A DNA stretch of 44,093 nt from Acidovorax sp. Its GTDB lineage: Bacteria > Pseudomonadota > Gammaproteobacteria > Burkholderiales > Burkholderiaceae_C. Of the stretch, positions 43,494 to 44,093 are shown one piece after another. Position 1 is the first letter of the stretch; the number at the start of each line of letters is the position of its first letter. A model generated the notes under the pieces. That model was not told the DNA's origin. It saw only the letters and a list, made by a program, of their open reading frames with translations, and did not search any database. The position numbers and the translations under genes were made by a program. Location: contig JBCNOJ010000001.1 in assembly GCA_039593925.1 (NCBI GenBank), positions 1-44,093 of the forward strand, given 5' to 3'.

Positions 43494-44093
43494 TCAATCC
43501 CACAAAGGGGCGGGTTCGTCATGCAGGCGTCTGCGCAGCAGTGCGTAGTCGGGCACCACGGTGGCCACCGTGTCCCAGAAGCGGGGGCTGTGGTCCATCA
43601 CGCGCAGGTGGGCCAGCTCGTGCGCCACCACGTAGTCGATGATGGCCGGGCGGTAATGCAGCAGGCGCCAGTTCAGGCGGATGGAGCCATCGGACTTGGC
43701 ACTGCCCCAGCGGGTGTTGGCGCTCGACAGGCGCAGGCTGGCCCAGCGCACACCCAACAGCGGCGCAAAGTGGTCAAGCCGCGTGGTGAAGTGGCGGCGC
43801 GCATCGCGCATCAGCCAGGCCTGCACGGCGTCGCGGATTTGCGTGGGGCTGGCGCTGTGGGGCAAGCCGATGTGCAGGCTGGCGCCTTGCTCGGGCCCTG
43901 CGGCCACCAGTGCCCCGCCCTTGCCTGCAAAACCGTGGGTCGGGTCCAGCACCACCTTCAAAGGCTCACCCAGATAAGGCAACACGGCGCCATGGGCCCA
44001 CACAATGCGGCCGCCTTCCATGCGCTGCTGGCGCTCGCGCGCTTCGCCCAGCTTGCGCAAGATCCACTGGGCTTTCTCACGCAGCGCCGCGTC
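43494..44093 (-). CDS. YgjP/DUF45 (M48-like) zinc-dependent hydrolase, C-terminal part (starts outside the window)
   Basis: TRWGSA, IRLNWRL, IDYVVAHELAHL and HSPRFW; the frame is open to the window end. Confidence 0.9.
   Translation of the reverse strand, partial: DAALREKAQWILRKLGEARERQQRMEGGRIVWAHGAVLPYLGEPLKVVLDPTHGFAGKGGALVAAGPEQGASLHIGLPHSASPTQIRDAVQAWLMRDARRHFTTRLDHFAPLLGVRWASLRLSSANTRWGSAKSDGSIRLNWRLLHYRPAIIDYVVAHELAHLRVMDHSPRFWDTVATVVPDYALLRRRLHDEPAPLWD

Noticed and set aside
1-44093. Integrase, transposase, prophage, tRNA or att sites bounding the envelope locus
   Set aside because: None recognised; any variability is more likely due to homologous exchange than to a self-mobile island.

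Overview
High-GC betaproteobacterial chromosomal segment; gene content and style suggest Comamonadaceae (Acidovorax-like), which is an inference. Housekeeping flanks enclose a ~35 kb cell-envelope locus (1268-36674). The left flank is a partial OmpR-family response regulator and argB. The right flank is a fatty acyl-CoA reductase-like SDR, a PhaF-like phasin, a TetR regulator, a TPR-like protein, coaX, BON-LysM kbp, a rhodanese and a partial YgjP/M48 protein. The envelope locus contains: (i) rmlBDAC and a wxcKLMN-like dTDP-3-acetamido-3,6-dideoxyhexose / Und-P donor / GtrA flippase module; (ii) a divergent GH-A-like hydrolase plus acyltransferase-3 pair; (iii) an Xps-order type II secretion operon (gspEFGHIJKLM-N/C-D, no gspO in the window), followed directly by a small lipoprotein, a 585-aa Ala/Thr/Gly/Val-rich Sec-exported protein with hallmarks of very high expression (candidate S-layer/surface-array subunit) and a parvulin PPIase; (iv) an ABC-dependent glycan pathway (wzm, wzt with C-terminal domain, two methyltransferases, a GT-C membrane transferase, a methyltransferase-coiled coil-GT2-GT4 protein, WbbL-like and WecA-like initiators). 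The main hypothesis is a dedicated T2SS-secreted surface-layer system coupled to its own chaperones and to a methyl-capped, side-chain-decorated rhamnan that either anchors or glycosylates the layer. Also seen: two copies of a ~62 bp REP-like element, probable leaderless starts and PhaR-like boxes. No rRNA, tRNA, CRISPR array or transposase was recognised.
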